Positions 1 to 10,483 of a stretch of 58,404 bases of DNA are shown piece after piece (position 1 is the first letter of the stretch; each line of letters opens with the position of its first letter). The notes below the pieces were generated by a model. It saw nothing but the letters and a program-made list of their open reading frames with translations. It was not told the DNA's origin and made no database searches. The translations under genes and the position numbers were made by a program. This DNA comes from Pseudomonadota bacterium (GTDB lineage: Bacteria; Bdellovibrionota; Bdellovibrionia; Bdellovibrionales; SG-bin7), in the NCBI GenBank assembly GCA_034439715.1, contig JAWXAY010000052.1:1-58404 (forward strand), read 5' to 3'.

Positions 1-252
1 GAATTTTAAAAAGATTTTGTTGTTTCATAGTAGAGGGAGATAACTGCAAAAGAAGTCTCAAGTGGGGCGAGGGGGTAAATTCAAAGCAAGGAAAACAAAG
101 ACACGGAGGCCGGATGGCTCGGATGCATGCGAGTAATCGAGTTAGGACTCCAGTTAAAGATCTCTATTTCAACTAGTGGCGAGATCTTTTCTTAAAGACA
201 TCCTGTCTCCACTAATAAAAGAAAGAGCCCACAAAGTGATATTTATCTGAGA

Positions 253-1428
253 TTAGGGTGTCTCAAGAATTGTAATATCAAAAAAGTCGTTAACATCTGA
301 AGTGGTCTCAGGCATATGTAGTAAACTGATAGAATGATTACCTGCCGCCAAGTTGTTAAGTGTAATGACAGAAGGAACAAAGACTTTATGCGAGAGAACT
401 TCATTCGTCAAAACCTTTGCTGTACCCACATTAACTCCATCAATAGCTACAAACATTCCTATAAGACCGCGACCGCCAGCGTTTGTGCGGTAACCACTGC
501 CATTGACAAAAACTAGGACTTTGCCCCCTGAAGTTGTAAAGCTTGAAATTGAGGGTAGGGCTCCTCGAATGTCAGATATTTGTGTTAGCTTTACACGGCT
601 AGGAACTTCTAAAACAGCAACATCGAAAATATCATCGCTATTTGAGAGTGCAGACGAAGAAGACAAGTTAATTTGATGGCTCCCAGCTTCCACGCCACGT
701 TTTACCACAGCCTTAGAGGCTAAGAGTTTATGAGAGTTTGGCTCATTGCTGAAAGTGCTTAGTCCAGCAAGATTGGCGCCATCGAATTGGATACCTAAAA
801 AAATCTGGCTGGCAATGGTATTGTAAGCTGTTCCTGATGTCATAATTAAAAGATCACCACCGGAAGTCAAAAAACTAGCTGGGCTCACTGGGAGCGGCCC
901 GACTTGTTGTTTTGCTAGATGCTGAGAGGAAAAACCTGAGTTGTCTGGTATTTCCATCACAGTCACATTGAAGAAGTCGTCTGCATTAGTTAAGGTGCCG
1001 ATTAATGGTAAAAGGGTTATTGTATGTGCTCCTTTAGCAACCCCATTCACTACGATTGCCGAAGAAGAAAAAGCCTTGTGAGAGGCAAGTTCATTAGTAT
1101 AGGAAGATGCCGATCCAATTGTGACTCCGTCTAAACTAACCGACATACCGATCTTTCCCGCCAACGTTAAGCGAAAACCAGAACCCGAGACAACAACGAT
1201 CAGTGTCGACTCAGAATTTGTAAAACTTCTTGTGTTCAACGGTAGTGGCCCAGGAGTTTGAGGCAGCAACTGATGTGACATGAGGTTCTTTAAAACAGGA
1301 TCTGGGATTGAATTCTTACTGTTTAAATCTAATTTTTGTTCGGAACAATTTTGAAATTGAAATATCGTCACCAAAACTAAAACAATACAACCCATGTACA
1401 AGGGTGTTTCCCGAAATAATTTCATCAC
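253..1428 (-). CDS. Putative lipoprotein with three tandem ~110-aa beta-rich repeats
   Basis: Hydrophobic N-terminus ending FQNC; the motif GPLP..SF...SG.G...DG...(T/S)NE..SHK...G.H.I.L...D.F.....E.P occurs three times. Confidence 0.75.
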   Translation of the reverse strand: MMKLFRETPLYMGCIVLVLVTIFQFQNCSEQKLDLNSKNSIPDPVLKNLMSHQLLPQTPGPLPLNTRSFTNSESTLIVVVSGSGFRLTLAGKIGMSVSLDGVTIGSASSYTNELASHKAFSSSAIVVNGVAKGAHTITLLPLIGTLTNADDFFNVTVMEIPDNSGFSSQHLAKQQVGPLPVSPASFLTSGGDLLIMTSGTAYNTIASQIFLGIQFDGANLAGLSTFSNEPNSHKLLASKAVVKRGVEAGSHQINLSSSSALSNSDDIFDVAVLEVPSRVKLTQISDIRGALPSISSFTTSGGKVLVFVNGSGYRTNAGGRGLIGMFVAIDGVNVGTAKVLTNEVLSHKVFVPSVITLNNLAAGNHSISLLHMPETTSDVNDFFDITILETP

Positions 1429-1704
1429 TAAACATCCTTTAGTATCTTTAAAATTTCTAACTCTCCTATCGACAAAAGTATGTATCGACTTAAGGCGTAT
1501 TCATAAAGTTGTTCCGACAATATAGAAGTGTCCCTCTTTGAGACGGCCAGAGAGACGATCAGAGCCTTTTAAAGGGTATCAGTTTATAGCCCTTGCCACT
1601 CAAATCGAGCCCTGAAAATATTACACGGTCTTACAGCAATTGTCGTTGGGGCAGATTTAAGAACCAAAATCGATCAATAGGGTTAATTAGACGGCGTTAA
1701 TCAT

Positions 1705-1720
1705 TGGTACACCTATTGCT
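1705..1720 (+). promoter_or_regulatory. Sigma-54 (-24/-12) promoter
   Basis: TGGTACACCTATTGCT: GG-N10-GC spacing, upstream of the large ORF. Confidence 0.6.
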
Positions 1721-1735
1721 TTTAATAGCTTCAGC

Positions 1736-4700
1736 TTGGCCTCTGAAATTTTGCTTGTTGGAGTATTAGTGGTACGTATTCGATATTTGAAATACATAAT
1801 AACGCTATTGATTTTAAATGCCCAGTTTGTTTGGGCAGGCAGTCTATACCTTCCTTATGATAAAAATTATCGGCCTGCAAAAGAACTTATTTACCAAGGA
1901 CAGATAATCGATGCTGATACAGTAGCCCAGTTAAAAAAATCGGGCTTTGACATAAGCACACTAAATCCCGCCGAGAGCGATGTTTGGGTAAATGAGCGAC
2001 TACCTTTTACCAATGAAGAAGAGCACGATTTTCCGACAGCTGAAACACCTCGCCTGGTATTTGATTCCGTGAAGGCAGCCAACAGATTAAAAAAGAAAGA
2101 AAATACCAGTAAACCTACATCGGCAGATTCCCAAGGTGTGTTTTTAGCTCGTGTCTTGGACGGCAACAAGCCCTATCACTTGGCAATCAGTTTAAACCTC
2201 CATCCTGCATTAATGAGGGCGGCGGCTTTAAGAGCCATGGGCTACCAAATTCCGTCGCCAAAATATTATAAAAAAGTGACTGTGGTTTTTGAAAACGACT
2301 CTATTATATTGGATGAAAAAGGAAAACCTAAAATATTTGATGACACTAAAAAGCCGGACTATGAAACTCGCCGTGTCTTTAGAGATGGATTTGCTTATGG
2401 TACTAGGCGAGGCGAAAGCCGTTGGATCGTCGATTACCCCGAGGACCGATCTGAAGTTACCGTGATCGATGTCCTTTTAGAGACTGCACGTATCGAAGTT
2501 CCCACCTTTCAATGGGGTTTAATTAAGGAAAGTCACTTAGGTAATCTTAGGCCCTTGAGAGCGCTTATTGTGCCTATGACCCTGTTCGATCTTTCTGAGA
2601 GCGTTAATTTGTATTCCTGGGACTGCGGTTATGTTTTTAACGACTCTGGGGTTTTGGTTCACCCGCAGGCTACTGTTTATGGTCAAACCACGATAGATGA
2701 CGCCCGCTGGATTATGAAGAAGCTTGCCGTTTTAACTCGCGAGGATTTTTCACAAATTGTGGCTTTGGGTAAGTACCCGCCGGATATCAGCCAACTCCTT
2801 TTAGAAAAAGTTATTTCTCGGCGAAATAGTTTGGTTCAATTGTTGAAATTAAAGCCATCTGAACTTGCTGGAGCTCCTCTTGAAATTCCCTATACCACTC
2901 ATGTCAATATCGGAAATATCGTTAACGGTAAACTGATGCAAGAAAATTACCCCGGATATGCCCAGCGCTTCAGTTGGGGTGACCCAGAGTCGCCACTTAC
3001 GACTGCAGAACTGACCCGCTACGGCGCGATGATGGGACTTTCTAGTGGAATCGGCCAAGCAATTGGTGAAATAAATAAGCATCTTCAAATTTTGACCGTA
3101 GGTGATGCTGTTGATAATCACATGAGCAGTATTAAAACGAGTTTGATTAATCATTTTAAAAGTAATCCCACGCAGCCTTATGAAGGGAAAGTAAAAACTT
3201 GGGGCGGGCCGCTCTTTAATTTCGGCATAGAGGCCAGTCGAAATATCGTGACAGGTACCTACTACGGCTTGAACCAAAATCAGGTTAATAAAACTCCCCT
3301 GCAGCTCGTTGATGTTTTAGGTGCGCGAATATCTGTCGGGCATTTTTTGGCAGTAGACACCTTGAGCCCCAATTATCTCCCTACAGTTTCTGCGAATATT
3401 AATATTGGCAGAAATTATGTGCACGTTCGCCCAGTTGCAAGTGTTAAAGCGGCGATGGAAGAAGGCTGGGGAAATCTTTTCATTCCCGGATTTATGAATG
3501 GATTAGGCGACATCATGAAACTCGACGAAATCATGCAAGGTGCTGACCCAGACACCTTAAGCAAAGAGGATCTCGAAAAAAAGGCCGAAGCCCTAAGCAC
3601 GGCAGTTGCTAAATTCATGTTAGAATTTAGGGAGGGCGAAGTATTAACGATTACTGACACGCTATCGCCCGATGTTACCGGTACCATTCGCTTTCCGCTG
3701 GCAGCCTTTTTGCCGGTAAATTTTAAAGACATGAATCCTATGATCACCCTTAACACGGGTGTGAACGCGGTAATTCTTCGTCGTACTACCATTACTAGAA
3801 CGAGTGATTCTCTGCACGTCTATTTGCAAAATCTAAATAGCAAGGCACTGCGTTTTTCGATTGATGCCCGTTTTTGGATAAAAATGTTAGAGGTAGCTCG
3901 CCAGAATAAGACTGGCCACATTTCAACACGAGCCTTTATTATTTCCGCTGACCCAAAAGGGTTTAGAGATAATTTTAATTTAGCTTCGGCTATGGATGCG
4001 CTACTTAAAGATAATAATGCCGAACCACTAGAACGCAACTATTCGCCCTATAAATTAAAACACAATCTCACCTCTGAAACCACAAAAGGTGGCTTCTTGT
4101 TCTGGTCAAGATTTAATTTAAATCGCGGCCATGAGCTTAATGTCATGCCGCCTGAAGACCCCGATAAACGTTATGATCCTAAAGATTTCACGCGAACTTT
4201 ATATGCAAAAACCACAAAACAGTTTGTAGGCATGCGTTTTTTGAACACTATTTCTGATGTGGTGGGGTACCTGACAGAACGAGAAAGTTTGATCTTTGAC
4301 AATCCAGGACCAAATCCCGCGCATTCTTTTATGGGGCAGTCTGTTTTTACTGAAATGAAAACCGACGCAGAAATCACTAAGGGAGTGCTCGAAAACCCGG
4401 TCAATGCGTCTGTTCAGTCGTGGCAGGGATGGATTTTATCTCAGGCAAAACTCATGAAGATTTTAAACAGAATAGACGAGCAAGTTCGTCCCGCCGACGG
4501 TGGGATTCCTATCATACATAGAGAGGCCTTCAATATGACGGAGGACCTTCAGTTTTATGACGTGCGTGCTAGTCTACTCATACACAAAGGTGGCATCGGG
4601 AAACTAATCGATGCACTTATTGGAAGTGCCGAGAGGCCACCGATATTTATTGGAGAAAAAAGTCGACTCCGCCGGCTCGATGACAAATTTACGGCAACTG

Positions 4701-5179
4701 ATCCGCAATTGGTTGAAGTCTTCAAGGACATTATGGGCCGCGAAGAATATGGCAATTACTGCCGCAGAATAGCACCAGAGCATAAACACAAACTTAACTC
4801 TTGGTTGATGAATGCTAACCACTTTGGTTATAAGCATGAGTGTCTTACCGACTGGATGGTAAAATTACTCAATCTACGACGAAGTTTTCCCGAAGAACCC
4901 AAAGCTCAGATTGACTGGATCAACGACGTCGTGTCATCGCTCATTGAAAACCTACGCACAGGTAGTTTTTTGAATTGGTTAGGAAAACAGAACTTCTTTT
5001 TTCAAGTTAAAGTGAGTGGCTTTAGAACCAAGGATGAAAACGGCGATAGCGAATATTATTCAAGCGCTCTGGGGACTCTGGGCGCTCAATATAATCCGGG
5101 AGTATTTAAGGAATTTATTAATAAGTACAAAATTTTAGAAAACGAAGTGGAAGGTAGTTACTTCGATGAGGGCAATTAA
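1736..5179 (+). CDS. Large secreted hypothetical protein (~1140 aa)
   Basis: Long ORF with signal-peptide-like N-terminus (..AQFVWA); start probably GTG 1770 after GGAG; adjacent to the S8 protease gene. Confidence 0.75.
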   Translation: MASEILLVGVLVVRIRYLKYIITLLILNAQFVWAGSLYLPYDKNYRPAKELIYQGQIIDADTVAQLKKSGFDISTLNPAESDVWVNERLPFTNEEEHDFPTAETPRLVFDSVKAANRLKKKENTSKPTSADSQGVFLARVLDGNKPYHLAISLNLHPALMRAAALRAMGYQIPSPKYYKKVTVVFENDSIILDEKGKPKIFDDTKKPDYETRRVFRDGFAYGTRRGESRWIVDYPEDRSEVTVIDVLLETARIEVPTFQWGLIKESHLGNLRPLRALIVPMTLFDLSESVNLYSWDCGYVFNDSGVLVHPQATVYGQTTIDDARWIMKKLAVLTREDFSQIVALGKYPPDISQLLLEKVISRRNSLVQLLKLKPSELAGAPLEIPYTTHVNIGNIVNGKLMQENYPGYAQRFSWGDPESPLTTAELTRYGAMMGLSSGIGQAIGEINKHLQILTVGDAVDNHMSSIKTSLINHFKSNPTQPYEGKVKTWGGPLFNFGIEASRNIVTGTYYGLNQNQVNKTPLQLVDVLGARISVGHFLAVDTLSPNYLPTVSANINIGRNYVHVRPVASVKAAMEEGWGNLFIPGFMNGLGDIMKLDEIMQGADPDTLSKEDLEKKAEALSTAVAKFMLEFREGEVLTITDTLSPDVTGTIRFPLAAFLPVNFKDMNPMITLNTGVNAVILRRTTITRTSDSLHVYLQNLNSKALRFSIDARFWIKMLEVARQNKTGHISTRAFIISADPKGFRDNFNLASAMDALLKDNNAEPLERNYSPYKLKHNLTSETTKGGFLFWSRFNLNRGHELNVMPPEDPDKRYDPKDFTRTLYAKTTKQFVGMRFLNTISDVVGYLTERESLIFDNPGPNPAHSFMGQSVFTEMKTDAEITKGVLENPVNASVQSWQGWILSQAKLMKILNRIDEQVRPADGGIPIIHREAFNMTEDLQFYDVRASLLIHKGGIGKLIDALIGSAERPPIFIGEKSRLRRLDDKFTATDPQLVEVFKDIMGREEYGNYCRRIAPEHKHKLNSWLMNANHFGYKHECLTDWMVKLLNLRRSFPEEPKAQIDWINDVVSSLIENLRTGSFLNWLGKQNFFFQVKVSGFRTKDENGDSEYYSSALGTLGAQYNPGVFKEFINKYKILENEVEGSYFDEGN

Positions 5180-8100
5180 AATGAAAAAAACAATTGCCGC
5201 ACTGAGGGGCTTGTTGGCTCTTATATTTTTGAGCGTACCGTTTAAAGGTGCTGCCGACACTGAAGTTATAGTTACGCCAACTCAAAAGAACGCTACCGTT
5301 ACGTTAAGTCGCATTTACGGCAATCCCTTAATTAAGTCTCATAAATTTGTTTTTTCTGAAAGTGAACGAACCGCCTTGATAGGCTTAGGGCGGAGTGATG
5401 TGGCGCAATCAGTAAAGTTAAGACTACGCCCTGGTCAGGATATTGAGAGTTTTAAAACTTGGATTCGAATAGAGAAACTCCCACTGCGACTTGAAGACGG
5501 CACACTGCCGATAGAAATGGATGAGCCACTCATTAGCGAGCAGTGGGGAGTAAAAAATCGAGGCAAATTGCAATCGATGTTTTTTGACCAATATCGCTCA
5601 CTTCAAGTCAAAGGTGTAAAAAACGAGGATGTCAATTCTGTCAGTATTAAACCCAAGACCGGCAAGCAAATAGTCGCAGTTTTAGACACGGGAGTCGACG
5701 TTAAACATCGGGACTTAAAAAATCATATATATAGAAATGAAAGCGAATGTACAGCTCTCGCTCAATATAAAGAGTGTTTAGATGTGGCTAAAAAAGAAGA
5801 CAAGACTCTAGATACCAAAGAAAATGCCAAGGCCATAGACGCCAAAACTAAAGTGTGTCATCAAAAATATGCAGAGATGGACACCGACGGCAATGGCTAC
5901 CCTTTAGACTGTCAAGGCTGGAGCTTTTTAGATCACAAACTTAATCCGCTGGCCAAGGTAACCGGAACTCCTGAATTTAAAGATCCCACGGGCCATGGAA
6001 CCCACATCGCTGGAATTATTGCGGCTGAAAGAAATAACTACGGCGTCGAAGGTTGCACCGAGAACGCACTGATTCTACCCGTAAAAGTCATGGGCCAAGA
6101 AACCAACGGTCCTATTCGGCCGCAATCTCATGAGCCTCTTCCCACTCCCAATCCCAAACCTATTTCGATAGATGAGGAACTGGCTGACGTAATCGCCAGG
6201 GGAATGCTTTATGCAATTCGTGCAAAGGCCAATGTCATTAATATGTCGCTGGGTTGGCCGACCGGCAAAGACTCCTACCTGATGAGACAAATGGTACAAC
6301 TAGCCCAGCATCAGGGGATTTTAATCGTGGCTGCGGCAGGAAATGATTCTACCGACGCGTCGGTCATGCCCTGCTTATACCCAGGCGTATTGTGTGTCGG
6401 TTCCCACAATCCAGACGGTTCTGTTTCGCACTTTTCAAACTTTGGAAGTGGCGTAAATCTCGCTGCACCTGGCTTTAGAATTCTCAGCACCTTTCCGATG
6501 GGTTCCAGCAAAATTGCTGCCAAAATTTATACAGATCTTGAAGGATTTGAATTTAAAGAGGGGACTTCGATGGCAGCTCCCTTTGTCTCTTGCGCCGCCG
6601 CCGAGGTTTTAGCGCAGGGACATAAACCTGACGAAACTGTAGCGCGCATAATGCTCGGGGCACGACCCAGTCGAGAAGTCTCAACTCACGAGCTTAAAAC
6701 ACAAGTTGAAAAGTATACTTTGAGTGGAAATCTCGATATTAAGCGAAGTCTTGAAGTCAAAGGCCAACCTCTGATTCTGCCTGTAAAAAAAGAACCTATT
6801 TCTGTCTTGTGGGATGGTCAAAGTGAAGAAATCAAATTTAGTTTCGGATTAAAAAACCTTTGGACGAGTGCCAAAAATGTCAGAGTTAGCATCAGTCTAT
6901 TAGCACAACCCGGTGTGACCGGGAAATTAAGACTTTCTGAAAGCTCTTGGCGAGTAAACGATTGGCGAGAGGGCCAGTATCATGACTTTAGCGCAGGACT
7001 TATAGTAGAAAGTTCTCCCTTTGAAAGCGAAGTTTTACTTAATTTAAAGATCAATGCTGACAACATGCCCGAAAGAAACATGCGCTTGCAAGCGACTATT
7101 GCGACTCTGGTCGGCAGTCAGTTCAAGGGCGTTAACAGCCACCATCTTAGAATCAGTGGGCTAAAAATGAACGACAATACTTCGCTTCACACTATTACAA
7201 ACCATGTCCCTAGTGGAACCCAGGACTATCTGGCCATCGAAGACTTAGACAATCAAGTAGGTTTTTATCTTCTTAAGCAAGAGGCTACCGGCGCAGACCA
7301 ATCGTATAAAGTGACCGCTAATGTACTTATTGAAAAAGTGAAAGATAATACTCTCGGAAAAATTTTTAAATTGGATCTTAATAGTGATGGAAGTGATGAC
7401 TACATTTTGATTTATGAGATTAAGAAAACCAAAGAGGTCAGGCGATTCACCTATGCCTTTTTGGCTTTTGATAAGGACCTCAAGCCTCTTGAGCTTCCCT
7501 TTGCTTCAGGTGTTACTTCTCGCTTTAAATATGAGAGCGAAATTTCTCCTTTTCCAGAAGATTTTCAGTGGGTGCGAACTGGGAAATTTCTTTTGCCAGC
7601 GTGGGTGTCGATCGGAATTTTGCTAAAAAGCACCAAGCCCGATCCGTGGAAACTTGAGCCAGAGGTCTCCCTGCAAAATCGCGCCTACGCAATAGGGTTT
7701 AACGACATAAATATTGTCTCTGAAGTGCAAGATTACAATCTGGCGCAAAAATTGAGTCAGAATTTCGCACAGAAAAAAAATGGTATCATGCCTGTGTTGC
7801 TAAACCGCGGCGAAGACTATTTGCGCGAATATGCGACGGGCGAGTTTTTTGATGGCCAAATTCAGAATGTCGTGCCGCTGGAGATGAAAAACTATCGCAT
7901 GTTGGTTGGAGAAAAAAACTCAAACATAGTGCCTCTGTCACCTAAATTAGAATTTAGCGGTACTAGCTTTATCACCATGGCTCATGGAGGCAAAGTTCGC
8001 ATGACATGGTTAAATTCCGAAGGGGTATCATTAGACAAAATGCTTGACCCGGTAAATACGGCTGATGCCGTGGTGCATGTAATAGCCGCTTTTTCTGGTC

Positions 8101-8510
8101 CTCATGTTCGGGCGGCATTTACGCAAACTAATTCAGAAATGCAGTATCACGATTTAAATACCGGCCGTGTGGCATTGACAAGTCTCAATCGTTTTAGTTT
8201 TGCACCCATGGCCACGTTTGCACTAACCACTTCACCCGTAGTGTCTTGGTCAAACCAATTTAAAACTAAAATGCCAGGGGTGCAGGTGCCAGCTGGGTTT
8301 GGTTTATCTGAAAGTTCTTTGGTAGTGGTGCCTGTGTATTCACAAAGTAGTGGTGAGCTAGAGCGACTCTCCCGCCCAGCAAGCTTAAGATTTATTGCCG
8401 GAAAGGGCTGCGAAGCCATGGGAGACCCAATTGACACGGGTGAAAATAGCCCTTCTCAGATTGTTTTTTTCTGCGGAGATAGATTTATTCGCGTGCCGCT
8501 GAGTTATTGA
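5166..8510 (+). CDS. S8 (subtilisin-like) serine protease with long C-terminal extension
   Basis: VLDTG, HGTHIAG, AAAGND and GTSMAAP motifs; signal peptide; start probably ATG 5181. Confidence 0.93.
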   Translation: MRAIKMKKTIAALRGLLALIFLSVPFKGAADTEVIVTPTQKNATVTLSRIYGNPLIKSHKFVFSESERTALIGLGRSDVAQSVKLRLRPGQDIESFKTWIRIEKLPLRLEDGTLPIEMDEPLISEQWGVKNRGKLQSMFFDQYRSLQVKGVKNEDVNSVSIKPKTGKQIVAVLDTGVDVKHRDLKNHIYRNESECTALAQYKECLDVAKKEDKTLDTKENAKAIDAKTKVCHQKYAEMDTDGNGYPLDCQGWSFLDHKLNPLAKVTGTPEFKDPTGHGTHIAGIIAAERNNYGVEGCTENALILPVKVMGQETNGPIRPQSHEPLPTPNPKPISIDEELADVIARGMLYAIRAKANVINMSLGWPTGKDSYLMRQMVQLAQHQGILIVAAAGNDSTDASVMPCLYPGVLCVGSHNPDGSVSHFSNFGSGVNLAAPGFRILSTFPMGSSKIAAKIYTDLEGFEFKEGTSMAAPFVSCAAAEVLAQGHKPDETVARIMLGARPSREVSTHELKTQVEKYTLSGNLDIKRSLEVKGQPLILPVKKEPISVLWDGQSEEIKFSFGLKNLWTSAKNVRVSISLLAQPGVTGKLRLSESSWRVNDWREGQYHDFSAGLIVESSPFESEVLLNLKINADNMPERNMRLQATIATLVGSQFKGVNSHHLRISGLKMNDNTSLHTITNHVPSGTQDYLAIEDLDNQVGFYLLKQEATGADQSYKVTANVLIEKVKDNTLGKIFKLDLNSDGSDDYILIYEIKKTKEVRRFTYAFLAFDKDLKPLELPFASGVTSRFKYESEISPFPEDFQWVRTGKFLLPAWVSIGILLKSTKPDPWKLEPEVSLQNRAYAIGFNDINIVSEVQDYNLAQKLSQNFAQKKNGIMPVLLNRGEDYLREYATGEFFDGQIQNVVPLEMKNYRMLVGEKNSNIVPLSPKLEFSGTSFITMAHGGKVRMTWLNSEGVSLDKMLDPVNTADAVVHVIAAFSGPHVRAAFTQTNSEMQYHDLNTGRVALTSLNRFSFAPMATFALTTSPVVSWSNQFKTKMPGVQVPAGFGLSESSLVVVPVYSQSSGELERLSRPASLRFIAGKGCEAMGDPIDTGENSPSQIVFFCGDRFIRVPLSY

Positions 8511-8608
8511 GGACTGTTAGTTATGATTTTAAATTTAAGGCCTCATTTGGGAGGCCCTTATAGAGGGTGTGCAGATGTTTTTTTTATTAACCACGAAAGG
8601 AGTTTCAA

Positions 8609-9346
8609 ATGAAACTATCTAAATATTTTTTGCCGATCATGTTGGTAGCTAGCACTATGACAACATTGGTTGGTTGCGGCGGCGGTGGCGGCGGAGCCTC
8701 TACTGATCCTATTTATGCCGGCTGGTATAACGTTTATGGTGCTCAATGTGGTAACCTTGGTCCCGGCTGTAACTACTATGCCAGTGGATTAAAAATCATT
8801 GACGTCGAGGATCCTAATTTTGACGGTAGCTACTTTTTGGAAAATGCTACATGGTCCTATAACGATTCCTACGGCGACCCCAAAATTCATACTGGTTGGG
8901 CTTGGCTAAGTCCAAACGATGTACTTTACGATGCTTTCGGGAATGCGCTAAATGAAAAGCTGAGCAAAGGCCGCGACCACGTTGGTGACGTTATTGAAGA
9001 TGAAGAGATTGTCGTTGCGCGTGCTGGTAGTGCTTTTTCTGAGAAATACGGCCTGTCTTTAGAGACAGGAATGCATGTTTCTCGAACTCTTCATGATCAT
9101 GCCATTTCGGGTAAAGATCGTGCCAGAACGCAGGCGGATGTCGATAGTACCTCTGGTACGCTTTACGGTGTCCCCGCTTTTAAAATTAGCTTCGCTCTTG
9201 AAAAAGCTAAACAGGGTGACCAATCAGCTTTAGAGGAAGCTTCAGCACAAGCCGCTTCAAACTGGGGAACCACCCCTGAAACGTTTAGAAGAATTCAGAC
9301 TGACTGGTTTGCTAAGCAAGTAAAACAGCATGAAAGTAGTTTATAG
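8609..9346 (+). CDS. Lipoprotein of unknown function, paralog 1
   Basis: Lipobox LVGC followed by poly-Gly; AAGGAG RBS; highly similar to 9681..10406. Confidence 0.85.
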   Translation: MKLSKYFLPIMLVASTMTTLVGCGGGGGGASTDPIYAGWYNVYGAQCGNLGPGCNYYASGLKIIDVEDPNFDGSYFLENATWSYNDSYGDPKIHTGWAWLSPNDVLYDAFGNALNEKLSKGRDHVGDVIEDEEIVVARAGSAFSEKYGLSLETGMHVSRTLHDHAISGKDRARTQADVDSTSGTLYGVPAFKISFALEKAKQGDQSALEEASAQAASNWGTTPETFRRIQTDWFAKQVKQHESSL

Positions 9347-9374
9347 AGAATCGAGCGCCATTAAACCTAAGAAG

Positions 9375-9405
9375 ACCAGAGGCAGTAATGTCCCTGGTTT
9401 TTTTT
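9375..9405 (+). terminator. Intrinsic terminator
   Basis: ACCAGAGGCA-GTAA-TGTCCCTGGT stem (one mismatch, one G-U) followed by a T run. Confidence 0.65.
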
Positions 9406-9441
9406 GTTTTTTTTTCTACTTTTTTCTATTGGGACTTGGGT

Positions 9442-9485
9442 CCTTTTGCCCCGATTCTAAAGAGTGGCCCCTTTTGCCCCGATTC
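9442..9485. repeat. 16-bp direct repeat CCTTTTGCCCCGATTC x2
   Basis: Exact copies at 9442-9457 and 9470-9485, intergenic. Confidence 0.85.
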
Positions 9486-9680
9486 ACCTTTTTTTACTTT
9501 TTTTTACGCATGCTTTTAAAGTAACACATCTGCTAAGTCCCCTCTGAAAAACCGCAAAGATATTTCTTTTAAAAAGATATGTTGATATAGATCCCATCAT
9601 GAATTTGGGGATTGACCTCAAATTATTAACCGAACAAAGAACAGAACGATCAAGAAACAAACTAACGAAAGGGGTTTCAA

Positions 9681-10406
9681 ATGAAACTTTCAAAATTATT
9701 AATGCCCATTTTAGTTGTGGCAAGTGCTATGACGACTATGGTTGGATGCGGCGGCGGCGGCGGCGAAGTCGATACTTATTATGCTGGCTGGTACAATGTA
9801 TACGGAGCTCAATGTGGTAACCTTGGCCCTGGTTGTAACTATTACGCCAATGGTCTACAAATCATTGACATCGAAGATCCCTATTTCCAAAACGACTATT
9901 ATCTCGAATATGATCTCTGGTCCTATTACGATACCTACGGCACATACTCACTTTATGCTGGTTGGGCGTGGATCAGTCCTACGGGAGTATTATATGATGC
10001 TTTCGGAACGGCGCTTAACGAAAAGAAAAGCGAAGGCCGCGATCACGTTGGTGATGTCGTAGAAGCTGAAGAAAAAGTAGTTGCTGGCGCAGCGGGAATC
10101 CTTTCCGAAAAATACGGCTTATCTTTAGATACAGGTATGCATGTCGCGCGCACTCTTAACGACTGGGCCGTTATCGGTCAAGACCGCGCAAGAACGAAAG
10201 ATGATATTGCAAGTGTCACACAAAAACTTTACGGCATTGACGTGTCTGAGGTTAAGTTAGCTCTTGAAAAAGCTGCTGCAGGTGATCTTGTTGCTTTAGA
10301 TCTAGCAGCTGATAAGGCCGCTTCAAACTGGGGAACAACTCCTGAAACTTTTAAAGAGATTCAGAAAACCTGGTTTGCAAAGCAAATTAAACAATACAGT
10401 AAGTAA
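9681..10406 (+). CDS. Lipoprotein of unknown function, paralog 2
   Basis: Lipobox MVGC plus poly-Gly; shares YAGWYNVYGAQCGNLGPGCNYYA with paralog 1. Confidence 0.85.
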   Translation: MKLSKLLMPILVVASAMTTMVGCGGGGGEVDTYYAGWYNVYGAQCGNLGPGCNYYANGLQIIDIEDPYFQNDYYLEYDLWSYYDTYGTYSLYAGWAWISPTGVLYDAFGTALNEKKSEGRDHVGDVVEAEEKVVAGAAGILSEKYGLSLDTGMHVARTLNDWAVIGQDRARTKDDIASVTQKLYGIDVSEVKLALEKAAAGDLVALDLAADKAASNWGTTPETFKEIQKTWFAKQIKQYSK

Positions 10407-10418
10407 TTCTTAAAATAT

Positions 10419-10483
10419 AAAAGGCACGGGCCTAGGTTTCGTAACGCACATATTTTACGATATCTAGGTCCGTGCCTTTTTTT
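10419..10483. terminator. Long bidirectional terminator hairpin between convergent genes
   Basis: 26-bp stem (10419-10444 / 10455-10480; two G-U pairs, one mismatch), 10-nt loop, A run on the left and T run on the right. Confidence 0.8.

Noticed and set aside
1..28. Possible gene start MKQQNLFKI leaving the left edge on the minus strand
   Set aside because: Only nine codons are visible; the product cannot be supported.
9330..9820. Short ORFs between the lipoprotein paralogs
   Set aside because: Low-complexity translations of the terminator and T tracts, or overlaps with the real gene.
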